A DNA stretch of 64,000 nt from the NCBI RefSeq assembly GCF_028641065.1, contig NC_073406.1, positions 6,200,001-6,264,000 of the forward strand, written 5' to 3'. The notes under the pieces were generated by a model. That model was not told the origin of the DNA, searched no databases, and saw only the letters and a program-made list of their open reading frames with translations. Position 1 is the stretch's first letter, and every line of letters starts with the position of its first letter. The position numbers and the translations under genes are program-made. This DNA comes from Leucoraja erinacea. Its lineage: Eukaryota. Positions 23,094 to 35,444 of the stretch are shown here, piece after piece.

Positions 23094-23947
23094 GTAGGTG
23101 TATGCCCATCCAGTGTGATTCACATTTAGGCAATTAATGGAAATCGGAGAAGCCCTTCGTGCACAACAAACCTGTTTATTAACACATCCATCCCATTCAC
23201 CCTCATTTATTCCTCAGTTTTATCTTATCCCCATCCCCCCCAACTTTGTTTACTACCCATATTCCTCAATTTCACCTCATCATCTTCCTGAACTTCATCC
23301 AATTCTCATATCCCTTACCCAAAATTTCCAACTCTCCAATTTCCCCTTTGTGTAGGAAAGAACTGCAGATGCTGGTTTAAATTTAAGGTAGACACTAAAT
23401 GCTGGAGTAACTCAGCGGGACAGGCAGCATCTCTGGAGAGAAGGAATGGGTGACGTTTTGGGTCGAGACCCTTCTTCAGACTGGCGTGTTTTTTTTTTGT
23501 AAACTAGCATCTGCAGTACCTGTGTCTACATCCTAAAACTGAATGCATAATGAACTCCAAGACATATTTTAAATTTGAATTTTAAGATTTAACTGTGAGC
23601 CATTACCTAGCAATTGATCTTAAGACTTGCCCTTGACAAGTAAATCATTAAATCTCAGAATTTGCCCCTAATCTAACCTGAAACGTAATCACAATTAATA
23701 AATTTAACATCCAAATGCTCAGCTTTCAATAATTAATTCAACAAAAACATAATTAAATAGATAATCAAACTCAAATAGTAGTAAGGAAAATCAGTCGAGT
23801 AGAATTAAAGAATTTGAGCCAAACACCGGTGATATTTAGAATTTCAGTGATGACTGAATGAATTATAAACAATGTCAAACCTACTGGTTGAACTGCCCAG
23901 TCTCAATGTTGATATCATGTATTTGCATTCAATTATTTGTGTGACAG

Positions 23948-24160
23948 TTACTCAGCAGATTAAAGACGGTGAAATTTAACCTTCAAGATTACACTCTCTA
24001 TTTTGATGAGAACGGAGACCCACCAGTTGGCTATGACATTGTTTCATGGGATTGGACGAGAGTCGGAGTCGACTTTAAGACTATTGGTTCATACATGCCA
24101 GCTACAAGAAAGATCAGCATCAATCCATCCTTAATCCAGTGGAATTTGGAAGATAACTTG
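23948..24160 (+). CDS. TAS1R gene B exon 4
   Basis: gtgacag|LLSRLKTVKFNLQDYTLYFDENGDPPVGYDIVSWDW...IGSY...IQWNLEDNL|gtgaga; 213 nt. Confidence 0.93.
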
Positions 24161-24369
24161 GTGAGAACGTTGTAAAAACCTAATAATTTTGTTCTTGTGG
24201 AACTGTTACGAAACTCCAGAGGAAAAAAACAATGTTTTTGCCTTTGGATGGGGAAGACATCTACCCTGTCTTCCCCTTCCAACCCCACTCCACAGCAAAA
24301 TTAATTTCTACAATGATAGCTGGGTCTCTTTATGAAGCTTAGAGAGGTCTTGTGTATTTTATCCACCAG

Positions 24370-24490
24370 ATTCCATTTTCTAATTGTTCAACGATGTGTG
24401 AACCTGGACAGAAGAAAGTCCCAAGAGGGATTTTTCCTTGCTGCTACAACTGTGAAGATTGTCCCTCTGGAACATTCCTGAATCAAAGTG
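24370..24490 (+). CDS. TAS1R gene B exon 5 (cysteine-rich domain)
   Basis: Not in the ORF track; ccaccag|IPFSNCSTMCEPGQKKVPRGIFPCCYNCEDCPSGTFLNQS+G|gtcagt; 121 nt. Confidence 0.93.
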
Positions 24491-25797
24491 GTCAGTAAGC
24501 CTCTTTATCCGCTATTCCTCACCTAGTTTTTGATTTACTTTTTTCCTTGACCTCATTGGATTGTAAAATATCACACCATTTGCAACTGCTTACCTCTAAT
24601 AGGAAAATCTGTTCAAAATAGCTTGCATTTCTTCTCTTGCCTCATTGGTTGAGTCAACCAAAGAGACCTTTGGTTTTTATTCAGCCAAGATCCCATTTCT
24701 TTCTGCAGAAAACCAACCGCTAGTTAACTCCACATGTGGAGGGAGGGGGGAGGAGAGGAATTTATGGGTTATTAAAATGGAACAAAAACAATTCATTACT
24801 ATAACTTTGGACCTAGAATTATGTTCAGTAATGCGATGAGAGAATCTTTGTGGGCAATTGGTTGCTTCACACTCTGAAACTGATGAGAAAAGAGTTAAAA
24901 ATAACATTTTTTTAAATTGGAAGTCTACAAAGTGCCTCTGTTTTTCAGTAGGTGATTGACCTATTAAATCCCCTAAAAGGTTACATGAAAACACAAACTC
25001 ACTGTGAACAGAAGTCTGCAACTTACTATATTAGCCAAGAATGTGCTGTAGCATATGTCTAGCACCTCTTTAAGATGCTCTGAGGAAAGGTCCTGACCCA
25101 AAACGTCATTATCCATGTTCTCCAGCGATATTTCCTAACCCACAGTGTTATTCCAGTATGTGTCTTTTTTCTTTTGTAAACCAGCATCTGCAGTTTCTTG
25201 TATCTACCTGTTTAAAGTCTGTCCATCAGGACTAATGTAGCAAATCCTATAGTGGGCAGCTATGAGGTAAACCAAATGTAGTTACCATCTTCAATGAATA
25301 CCAGAACACTTACCTGTTTACAGTCCAAGGGTAGCTCAACATGTAACCTTCCCCCAATCACTTTTCTTTCATCCTGTTCTTTGTATTCTAGGACTCCCAG
25401 AGGACTTTTTTTACCAAGAGTGTATAAGAAAATTTGCTCTATACGTTATTCATGTCTATGAGATAAAGTCTCCCCTGGAAAATCAACATGAGCAAGGCTG
25501 AAGTTAAGGATTATAACAGATTTCAACAGTATAAAATTCAAAGAAGTGGTTGACAATATTACTGAAAGGAGTGGGAGTTTTTCAATAAATTGTTAAAGTC
25601 AAAGAAAGTGCTGAAGGAACTCAGCTTGTTAGGCAGCATCTGTGGAGGGAATGTACAGATGACTTTTGGCTCGGAAACCCTTCTTCAGGCCAAATAACCT
25701 TTGGGTCAAATCCGTTGCTCTGCCATATCCAATGTGCACAGCACAGTTTCTTTAAAGTGGCCTCCATGTGAATTAATCATAATTAAATTTGTTGCAG

Positions 25798-26729
25798 ATC
25801 CCTACAGTTGTGTCGATTGTCTCTGGCATCAGTGGTCACCTCCAAGGAGCCATCACTGCATGGAACGGGAGCTAAACTATCTGGAATGGCATGCACCTTT
25901 CTCTATATTTCTATTGATGTTGACGAATGGTGGACTTTTGCTGACCATTATCATAGTAATCATCTTTATACTTAATTACAACACTCCAGTTGTCAGGTCT
26001 GCTGGTGGCAGAATGTGTTTTCTCATGCTTGCATCAATAATCTGTAGCTTTTCCTGTGCGTTTTTCTACATTGACAAACCAAACAAAGCATCCTGCCAAA
26101 TAAGACAGATGATTTTCACAGTCAGCTTCAACATCTGCCTGTCTTGTATCTTGGTTAGGTCATTTCAAATTGTCTGTATCTTTAAACTGGCTGCCAAGTT
26201 GCCCAAGGCCCACGAATATTGGGTTAAATATAATGGACAGTACATATTCATCTTTTTAAGCACCTTCATCCAAATCATCATTTGCACTGTGTGGATGATT
26301 ACAGGCCCACCCAGCACTCATGGGCATATCATTACGAAAGCAATTGTCCTGGACTGCAACATTGGTAACACCATTGGCTTCTCTCTCAGTTTTCTTTACA
26401 CTGTTTTTCTAACAGTAGCATGTTTCATCTTTGCTTATATGGGAAGAGACCTACCAAAAAATTACAATGAGGCTAAGTTCATTGCCTTCAGTATGATGAT
26501 CTGTTTTGTGTATTACATTCTGTATATGACATCAATGGTCACCCCCAATCAGGAAAGGTACACCTCATACATACAGACTTTCCTAACTGTCACTAGTGCC
26601 TTTAGTATTGCTCTGGGCTATTTTGTTCCAAAATGTTACATCATTTTGTTTATGCCGCAGAATAACACCATGGTTTATTTCCAATCCTGCATTCAGGATT
26701 ACACGAAGAGGCAGAATGATGCAAATTAA
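25798..26729 (+). CDS. TAS1R gene B exon 6 (7TM domain)
   Basis: gttgcag|AT; TPVVRSAGGRMCFLML, VRSFQIVCIFK, AYMGRDLPKNYNEAKFI, YFVPKCYIIL are T1R1/T1R2-type motifs. The six exons total 2514 nt in frame = 837 aa. Confidence 0.95.
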
Positions 26730-27614
26730 ATTGCTTCAGTCCCTCACCTGGTCCTCTAGCTGTTAGTGTTTACAGTGTAGCAGAAAGAAGTGCAACATGT
26801 CATTCTTCCCTTGGATTCTATAGGACCCTTCTTTTTATGTTCAATCTTGACTTTGTCAAGCATCCTGCTAAAATCCATGCATGCTACACAGTAACACTGT
26901 TTGTCACCTTTAAAAAAATCTGATGTTCTTAGAGAGGACTCCTTTCTTTAAAATAATACCCCTTAAAATTCTACTACTTTAACCATTTCTTTGGTCAAAT
27001 ATCTCCTCTTGGCTCAGTATCGGTTTTTTTTCCCCTGTCCAAATGAAACATGTTGGTATCTTCTTTTGTTGAAGGTTCTACAGTAGTTCAGATGCAAAGT
27101 ACTGCAGATGCTGGAAATGAATGGTATTTCCTGCCATAGTAGAGAATTAGGCCTGAAATTCAAATCTGCACTGTGATAACAAGGAAGTTTGAGACATGCT
27201 GATAATATTGTTACAGCTATGTGCCACCTTGTTAAGATTCTCAATTGTTTCATTTGCAGTGACTGATTTCAGTAATTTAAGTTGTGTTGGATCTCTGCAA
27301 TTCATGGAAAATATGTGTGAAAAAATAAAACAAGACATGTTGCATTTTATTATTTAAAGGGGGTGATTCTTCATGAAGTGTAGAATCCCAAATTCAACAC
27401 TTGCTTCCCACTGTTGTTGGGATAACTTCATTATTGCAAGATTAGAGAACACTAATTCTGCTTCATTACAGAAAGATCAGGCAGCGTCTGTGGAAGGGAA
27501 ATGGACAGAAAGTGTTTTGAGTGGGACCCTTTTTCAGACTGGACAGTCACAATTTTCGGGTTCAGCTTTTTCTGTAAACAATCTAGATACTGGGATTTAT
27601 GAAGCTTATGTTAA

Positions 27615-29183
27615 GCCTTCTGAGTTTTAAGCATGCGGTAGTGCAACCACTGCTTAAGAAACCTGGCCTGGATCAATCTGTTCTGGCCAATTTTAGACCC
27701 ATCTCGAAATTGCCTTTTATTTCTAAATTACTGGAGAGAGTTGTTTATGCTCAGCTAAAACTATTCCTGGAGGAGCATGATATTCGGGAGATCTTCCAGT
27801 CTGGATTTAAAACCATGCACAGCACGGAGTCAGCATTGCTAAGGGTTTTTAACGATATCCTCCTGGCTAATGATTCTGGGGATTGTGTGGTTCTTGTCCT
27901 GCTGGACTTGTCTGCCGCCTTTGATACGGTGGACCATAATATCTTATTATCTCGGCTACAGCAGTTAGTGGGCATCTGCGACAGTGCCCTGGGATGGTTC
28001 AGGTCCTATCTGGCGGGCAGAACCATGTGTGTTAGCCTTGCTGGGTTTGAATCCTCTTCCGCTCCCCTGTCATATGGGGTTCCACAGGGTTCGATTCTGG
28101 GGCCCCTGCTTTTCTCGCTGTACATACTTCCTCTGGGTTCCATCCTTAGAAAGCATGGCATCTCCTTCCACTGTTATGCAGATGATACCCAGCTTTATTT
28201 GCCGCTGAGGGGGGAAGATGCCTTTTCTGTAAATCGCTTCTGTCTTGTTTTGATGACATTAAGTCCTGGTTGGCCCTAAACTTTCTTGGATTTAATGAAA
28301 AGAAGACAGAGGTGATTTTATTTGATCCCAATGGCTGCCGTGAACCTCCATTTGTTGATTTAGGTCCATTGTCAAGGTACGTGAAGCCAACAGTTGTGAA
28401 CCTGGGTTTTAGGATGGACAGTGACTTTAAATTAGATCGCCAAATATGCGCGGTGGTTAAGTCCAGCTTCTTTCACCTAAGGAAGCTGGCGAAGGTGAAG
28501 CCCATTCTCGAGCGGCAGCATTTTGAGACAGTAATCCATGCCTTTATTACATCTAGGCTGGATTACTGTAACGCGCTCTATTTTGGTGTTGCTCGTTCTT
28601 CACTGGCTCGTCTCCAGTTGGTTCAGAATGCTGCTGCTCGCCTTTTAACAGGGACTCGAAAGAGGGAGCACATATCGCCTATTCTGGCCTCCCTACACTG
28701 GCTCCCGGTGCACTTTCGGGTTCATTTTAAGTTACTGTTATTTGTTTTTAAATCTCTGAATGGGCTCGCCCCGCCTTACCTCTCTGAGCTGCTCCACCCA
28801 TACACTCCTGCCCGGTCCCTCAGGTCAGCTGGTCAGCTGCTCCTGGAGGTACCGAGGTCTAGTCGGAGGCTCAGAGGGGATAGAGCCTTCTCTGTTGCTG
28901 CTCCGGCACTCTGGAACACCCTGCCGCTGCACATCAGACAGGCCCCCTCACTGTCCATCTTCAAATCCAGTGTTAAAACGCATTTGTACTCCCTGGCTTT
29001 TGACCATGCCTGAGGCTTTGCTTCTGTTTGTGGTGTTTTTTGATGTTTCTTTATTTTACATGTCTTTTCCTACTATTTCTTTTGATTGTTATTTTTGGTG
29101 TGTATTAACTTTTTTGTCAATGATTAGTGATGTACAGCACTTTGTTGCAGCTATGTTTGTTTTTAAAGTGCTCTATAAATAAA

Positions 29184-29213
<30 letters not shown>
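27615..29213 (+). mobile_element. Young 5'-truncated L2 LINE (reverse transcriptase, single frameshift near 28231)
   Basis: FRPISKLPFISK, LLDLSAAFDTVDH, GVPQGSILGP, YADDTQLY; two overlapping ORFs 27599-28279 and 28270-29013; aataaa(att)n tail. Confidence 0.95.
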
Positions 29214-29214
<1 letters not shown>

Positions 29215-29789
29215 TTGGTTTATGAGCAGGCAGAAAGGAGTGGCATGTCTTGGCATCAAGTACCACACAGATATTGTCGGCCGAAGGGCCTGCACTGTAC
29301 TTTTCTATGTTCTAAAACTAAGAATCACTGATGAGCCCCAACACACAAATGTGGTCCATCACACAGGGCAGATGGGAAAGAGCTGAAAAAAATTACAAAG
29401 TAGTATCTTCAACGTCACCAATCCATGTTCTCCATCCGCTGAGTTACTCCAGCACTTTGTCATTATTTTGTAATCCAGCACCTGCATTTCCTTGTTTATT
29501 CGTAACTTAAATGTATTCAGTGAGCAGAAATCCACTCCAAGCCTGTAGTGTTTCCTTTGGAATCTCAGTCAAGATATTTGCCGGAATGGCCATGTGTCCA
29601 GTGCATGACTTCATAGCATCTACATGCTCATCTACTTGCCAAAATATGTTGCAAATACTCAGTAAGACTCATAAAGCAAGCAGTACCCAGTGAGGCTTTT
29701 CACCGTATCTAATCTACACTCAAATCAATGGACATGGGGGATGGATCTTTTCATCCATGTATTTAACATGGCAGTCCTTAATATCTAGG

Positions 29790-30250
29790 TTTTACATAAG
29801 AACAGCCTGGATTGGAGGGCTTGAGTTATAAGAAGATAATGGGTAGGCTTGGGTCTGTTTTCCCTTGAGCAAAGCGGTGACGTGATAAAGGTATATAAAA
29901 TAATGACAGGCATAGGTAAGAAAGATAGCTAGTCTGTTTCTCACGATAGACGTGTCTAAAACTAGAGGGCATAGCTTTAAGGTGAAAGGTTTAAATGGGA
30001 TCTGAGGGGTAAATTTGTCATACAAAGGAAAACTTAGTATCTCAAATGAATGACCAGAGGATGTGGTGGAGGGAGAAAATAATAACAGCTTTTAAGAGGC
30101 ATTTGGACATGTACTTAAAAGAAGGCCATAAAGAATATGGAATTAATCTAGGTAAACATGTTTAGTCAATTGAATTAGTAGGAATGATGGTTGGCACAGA
30201 CACAGTGGCCCGAATGGCCTGTTACTATGCTGCACAATTCTATGACTCTA
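29790..30250 (+). mobile_element. Degraded CR1 LINE 3' end
   Basis: aaaactagagggcatagctttaaggtga, ccgaatggcctgt and ctatgactcta tail. Confidence 0.75.
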
Positions 30251-30767
30251 ACACAGTGAGATGTACTGGAAAATAAATCAGTGCACTCCATTTCCAATAA
30301 GAATCAACTTCAGAGAGCAGGACCAAATCGTAATGAATGTCGAGCACCTGCAGACAACAGGACCTCAACCAAAATGAGAGCACCTTCGAGAGAGGAAGGA
30401 AGCTGAATGCATTTACCATTTCAAGTTTAATGGAAATGTTTTTTTTTGTGTGTTAGATTTATGTGGGCCTAGCTGCAAGACATGGTTGGTTGCTTGTAAC
30501 TTTAAAGATGTTTTTGACTTTATTTGCTCAGTGGTTAATTAGTAGCTATAACTACATGCAATATATTACAGTGTTTACATTTCAGCTATACAGTAATTAA
30601 ATTTCCCAGGAATGAACCATTGGGACTTTCTTGCACTTTACACTATTATGTCCAAGGCCAAGTTACCCATATTTCCATATAGTGCAGGGGTGGGCATACA
30701 GCCCACCCTCTATGCCAGCCCAGAGCAATCTCACCAGTGGCATCTCCCCACTTTTTTCCCTGTAATC

Positions 30768-30843
30768 TGCTGTATTTCCATACCTAGCAATTCCTCCAAC
30801 ACTAGTGCTGTATTTCCATACCTAGCAATTCCTCCAACACTAG
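30768..30843 (+). repeat. Perfect 38-bp tandem duplication
   Basis: tgctgtatttccatacctagcaattcctccaacactag x2. Confidence 0.95.
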
Positions 30844-31139
30844 TTTTCTATGGTAAAATCCCACTGTACATTCTGTATGTGGGAGGACCCAGAGTCCCAA
30901 GGAGGAAGTTTGTACTTTCCATGGAGTTTGTACTAGTATCTTTGGTTTGTACAGTCTACCTATGACCACGTGGGCTTTCTCCGGGTGCTCTGGTTTCCTC
31001 CCACTCCAAAGGTACACTGGCTTCCTGAGATGTAAACTTGTCTCTAATGCGTGTAGGTTAGTGTATTATTGGTGGTCTTTGATCGTCGAGGACTCAGTGG
31101 GTCAAAGGACCTGTTTCTGTATCTCTAAAGTCTAAAGGA

Positions 31140-31830
31140 AACCTGCGCGCCACAGCTGGAGCGTGCAAACTCCACGGAGAAGGCAGGTCAATTGGGGATA
31201 CGCAACAGCATTACGGTCTGAGGGTCACGCTGCCGAGATGTCAAATTCACCATGCAGAGAGTAGTAAGAGAATCATTAAAGGAAAAATATATGAGAATAG
31301 GAATGAGAGTGTGTGTTAAGAAATTATTTGAATATCAGAACGATCATGACTCGAGGTAGGATGGGCGAGAGTAACGGCGGTCAATATCAACATTCGACGC
31401 CCAATTATGATGAGAATAAAAATTAAAGTGGGTTTAAGGACGACTGAGCCCGCCACAGGCCACATGCCGTTGTCCGGGCTGTGTGGACCAGTGGCGCGCG
31501 CTCGATGCTTGTTCACTCGCAGCCTCCGCGGTTCCCGCCCACCGGCCTCACGCGACCTGACGGTTGGCGTTTGAAGCTTCCAAGCGTCGATCGATGAGGC
31601 CGCGGGGATGTCGGTCGCTCCACGGTTGACTTTTGAGAGAATCGTCGTCTAAAACGAGTTTTGGCCGTCAATGCAAAAAAGGAGGACATCGATAATGTGT
31701 AGACATTCGTTGAAAAGTGACCACTAACATTCGCACTGTCCACATGACCCTGTCCAAGAATCGTCACACATCTTCTTGACGGCCTGTCTGTGCCATTGAT
31801 CATCATCATTGTCGACGTTAACCACCGTCA
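31140..31830. promoter_or_regulatory. Orphan CpG island-like segment
   Basis: Dense CpGs (ggcgcgcgctcg, ccgcggttcccgccc, cacgcgacc, gcgtcgatcg) against a CpG-depleted background; GC-box motifs. Confidence 0.6.
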
Positions 31831-33199
31831 GCATCCTGGGGAGTCACATTTATTTGGAAATTAACGGGACCATCATCAAGAATGCTATGATTTTTAAAGC
31901 AAGTCAGAGATCACCAGTCTTGAAAGAATTTCCACTCTTCACATGGTACATAAGGACTGTAAAGGAACACTACACGCTTGTTTCCCCAAAACCAACAGAA
32001 CTCAAAAAGTCATCAAGGACAAAGCTATTTACTAGACTGGCAATTTGTCCAACGCCTAAAACATTAACTCCCACCAAGGTACAGTGGCCACATTGTGTGT
32101 GCACATGTACAAAATGTAGCAGCAAAAGACCATTGCTCTACCATATCTCCCAACCCCACAACCAAGTTACTGGTCTGTAAAATAAGGAAGAATCCAATCT
32201 ACTTCAAAAGAACCAGCGTTCTCTTACATTGAAGGGAATAACATGAAGCTGAAATAAAGAGGTGTGAAAATGTAAGTTATTAAATGAAGTGAGCTACAAG
32301 GGGGTGGTGAGAGCAGCAAGAATTTTCATTTAAACCAAATCAGGAATCACTTGCACTGAGTCAAGGTCTATACTCATCTTTGTCTCACTGAAATATACCT
32401 CTGCTGAGATTTATGAAATATCATCTTCTATGATTACCACTGCAACTACAATTTTAACCTGTAATCTATCCCAGATTAATGTGTCCAATATGACCAATTA
32501 GCGTTTTGAAGAAAACATTTAGCTCTTATGTATTTTACTGAATGGCATATTACAAAACATCAGTTTCTTGTGTATGGCCATCAGAAATGGTTTAGATTGT
32601 AAATCTTGCCTTCCACGAATAGTTATGCAACCCTGATTTAAACTGAGAAACCAAATCTGGGTTGCATCAAGATAGCAAGAGTGTGTGTGCTCTGTCACCA
32701 AATTGTGTGGACCATTTCCACAGAGGAACAAATCCTGAGGTCAATCATCACGAGAAATTAAAACAAAGTGCCATGTTTTCTGAATTACCAAATCATGGGA
32801 CCACAAGCTCTAATTCAGGGACCACCTATGCCAAGGATCCTGAGATCATTTCGACTAACAGACCAAATTCACAACCACTTACATTCTTAGTCAAAATCTA
32901 TATACTGTATATTTGCTGCAACCTAATCTTGGAAATGCTTATTTTCTGAAGCTAAATTTGGGAACCAAACTCAAAGAGTTAATCCAGGGATTATGTTAAT
33001 TATGACCAAATGCTGGATCATTTATGCTCTTGAGACTTTATCTAGGAACCACAAATATTCTAAGGTACACAATTATGTACAAAATTGTGGGCCGAAGGGC
33101 CCGTTCCTGTGCTGCACTGGTTTAGAAATTATGAGAAGCTTAGAAAGTGAGACATTTCCTTAGCAGAGGAGTCAATAACTAGGTTATAAATTCATAAGT

Positions 33200-34170
33200 G
33201 ATAAAAAGTAGAAATAAGCCATTTGGCCCATCAAGTCTACTCCAACATTCAATCATGGCTGATCTATCTCCCTCCTAACCCTTCTCCTGCCTTCTCCCAT
33301 AACATCTGACACCTGTACTAATCAAGAATCTGTCTATAACTGCCTTAAAAATATACACTGACAGCCTCCACAGCCTTCTGTGGTAAAGAATTCCACGTAT
33401 TCAACCACCCTCTGTCTAAAGAAATTTCTCTTCCTCTCCTTCCTAAAAGAACGTCCTTTCATTCTGAGGCTATGACCTCTAATCCTCGACTCTCCCACAA
33501 GTGGAAATATCCTCTCCACATCCACTATCCAAGCTTTTCACTATTCTGTTTGTTTCAATGAGCCCCCCCTCATTCTTCTAAACTCCAGCGAGTACAGGCC
33601 CCAAACGGTCATCGGATAACCTACTCATTTATGGGATCATTCTTGTAAACCTCCTCTGGATCCTCTCCAGAGCCAGTACATCCTTCCTCAGATATGTTGC
33701 CCAAAATTGTTCACAATATTCCAAATGTGGCCTTACCAGCGCCTTATAGAGCCTCAGCATTATATCCCTTTTTTGTATACAAGCCCCCTTGAAACAAATG
33801 CTTGCATTTAGTTTGCTTTCTTTAGTAACGATTCAACTTGCAGGTTAACTATTTGGGAATCCTGCACCAGCACTCCCAAGTCCCTTTGCACCTCTGATTT
33901 CTGGATTCTCTCCCCATTTAGAAAATAGTCTACGCCTTTATTCCTACTACCAAAATACATGCCTCCGCACTTATTCCATCTGCCACTTCTCTGCCCACTC
34001 TCCAACCTGTCCAAGTCCCTCTGCAGAGTCTCTGCTTTCTCTACACAACCCGCCCTTCCACCTATTTCCGTATCATCCGCAAACGTGGCCACAAAGCCTT
34101 CAATCCCCTTGTCCAAATCAGTAATATACAACGTGAAGAGTAGCTTCCCCAGCACCGACCCCTGCGGAAT
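33200..34170 (-). mobile_element. CR1 LINE 3' portion (RT to tail)
   Basis: PQGSVLG, FADDT, QRDLGVLV, RGHSLRMKG on the minus strand. Confidence 0.9.
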
Positions 34171-35444
34171 AATAACTAGAGCAATTGGTAGTAAGATTAG
34201 AGGGAGTTGAGTACATCCCAATTCTGCTCGTAACATGGATGACTTCATATTTTTCACAACGTATTTTAATTACTATGTCCTATTCATTTAGCTTCACCAA
34301 ATCCCATTGTTGACCTCTCTGCACCCTCTTTCTAACATAACTAGCCATCATTGTATTATCAGCCAGTTTGGATATAGTTTTTCATATCGCCTAAACCATT
34401 GATGTAGAAAGTCAACAGCTGGGCCCAGCTCTACGCCTTAGTTGCAACTTCCCAGTCTGAAAATTGTTCTGTTTTTTCTGCACTCTGATTTCTTTCTGTT
34501 AATCAGCTCAAAATCTATGCCATTGTCTTTTCCCCAATTCCAGGTGCTCTTATTTTGTTTAATATCCTCCTTGCTACCTTATCAAAGGTCTTTTGAAAGT
34601 TCATATAAAGTATATGTTCACTGGTTTACCCCTTATCTATTCTGCAAGTTCTAATCTAAAAAACATGATATCCCTTTCATAAATTCTTGTTGAATCTGGC
34701 CATTCCTATGTTTTCTAAAATTCCACGTACAACTTAATAATAGCTTATAGCATTTTACCCACTAATGATGTCAGGCTAACTGGTCTGTAGTTCCGTAGTT
34801 TAACTCTCCTTTGTTAAATAGTGGGGAATATTGACAAATTTGATCTCCCCACATATTTGATTTCGAGGTAGTATGTAGGTACAGGAATCATCAATATTGT
34901 CTCCATTATCAATCGGATAATAATTTACAAAATCTTGAAGAAAACTAGAAATAGGATCATTTTATTTAACACTAAAGATTACAGATGTAGCAGTTGTATG
35001 ACCCTGGAAGGTGCTCTCATTTTCTCCCCTGCAGCTTTCCTCATCATTGTGGAGAATCCAAAAGTAATGTTGTCCTGGTTTGCATTCTACTCTGACCATC
35101 ACTTGATAGCCACCCTGCATGTCTCTAACTTGCCATTGCTGTACAAAACAGGATCCCAGACATAGCCCTTGCTTTGGGTTGTAAAAATGAGAATCTGCTC
35201 TATATGATCGCCAATTGAACCTTATGGATCTACTGTAGGTTTCCATGAATTCTGACTTTTTTTTGACTGAGAATCGTGTTCATGTAGATATTTTTAATGC
35301 TGTACAATTTTGTAAAGATTAAGTTGTTGTGGACAAGATGCAGATACTGGACAGTAGGGGATGCTGCAATATCACAAAGCAGAAAATGTCTAACCAGTAG
35401 AATTCACCTTCCCATTCCCATACTGATCTGCCTGTCCTTAACCT

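Noticed and set aside
5395-26729. Calling the GPCRs V2R/OlfC, CaSR or GPRC6A
   Set aside because: Short C-tails, absence of the V2R/CaSR TPIVKANN and LPDxFNEAK motifs, and presence of VRSAGG, PKNYNEAK and YNxAR motifs favour TAS1R.
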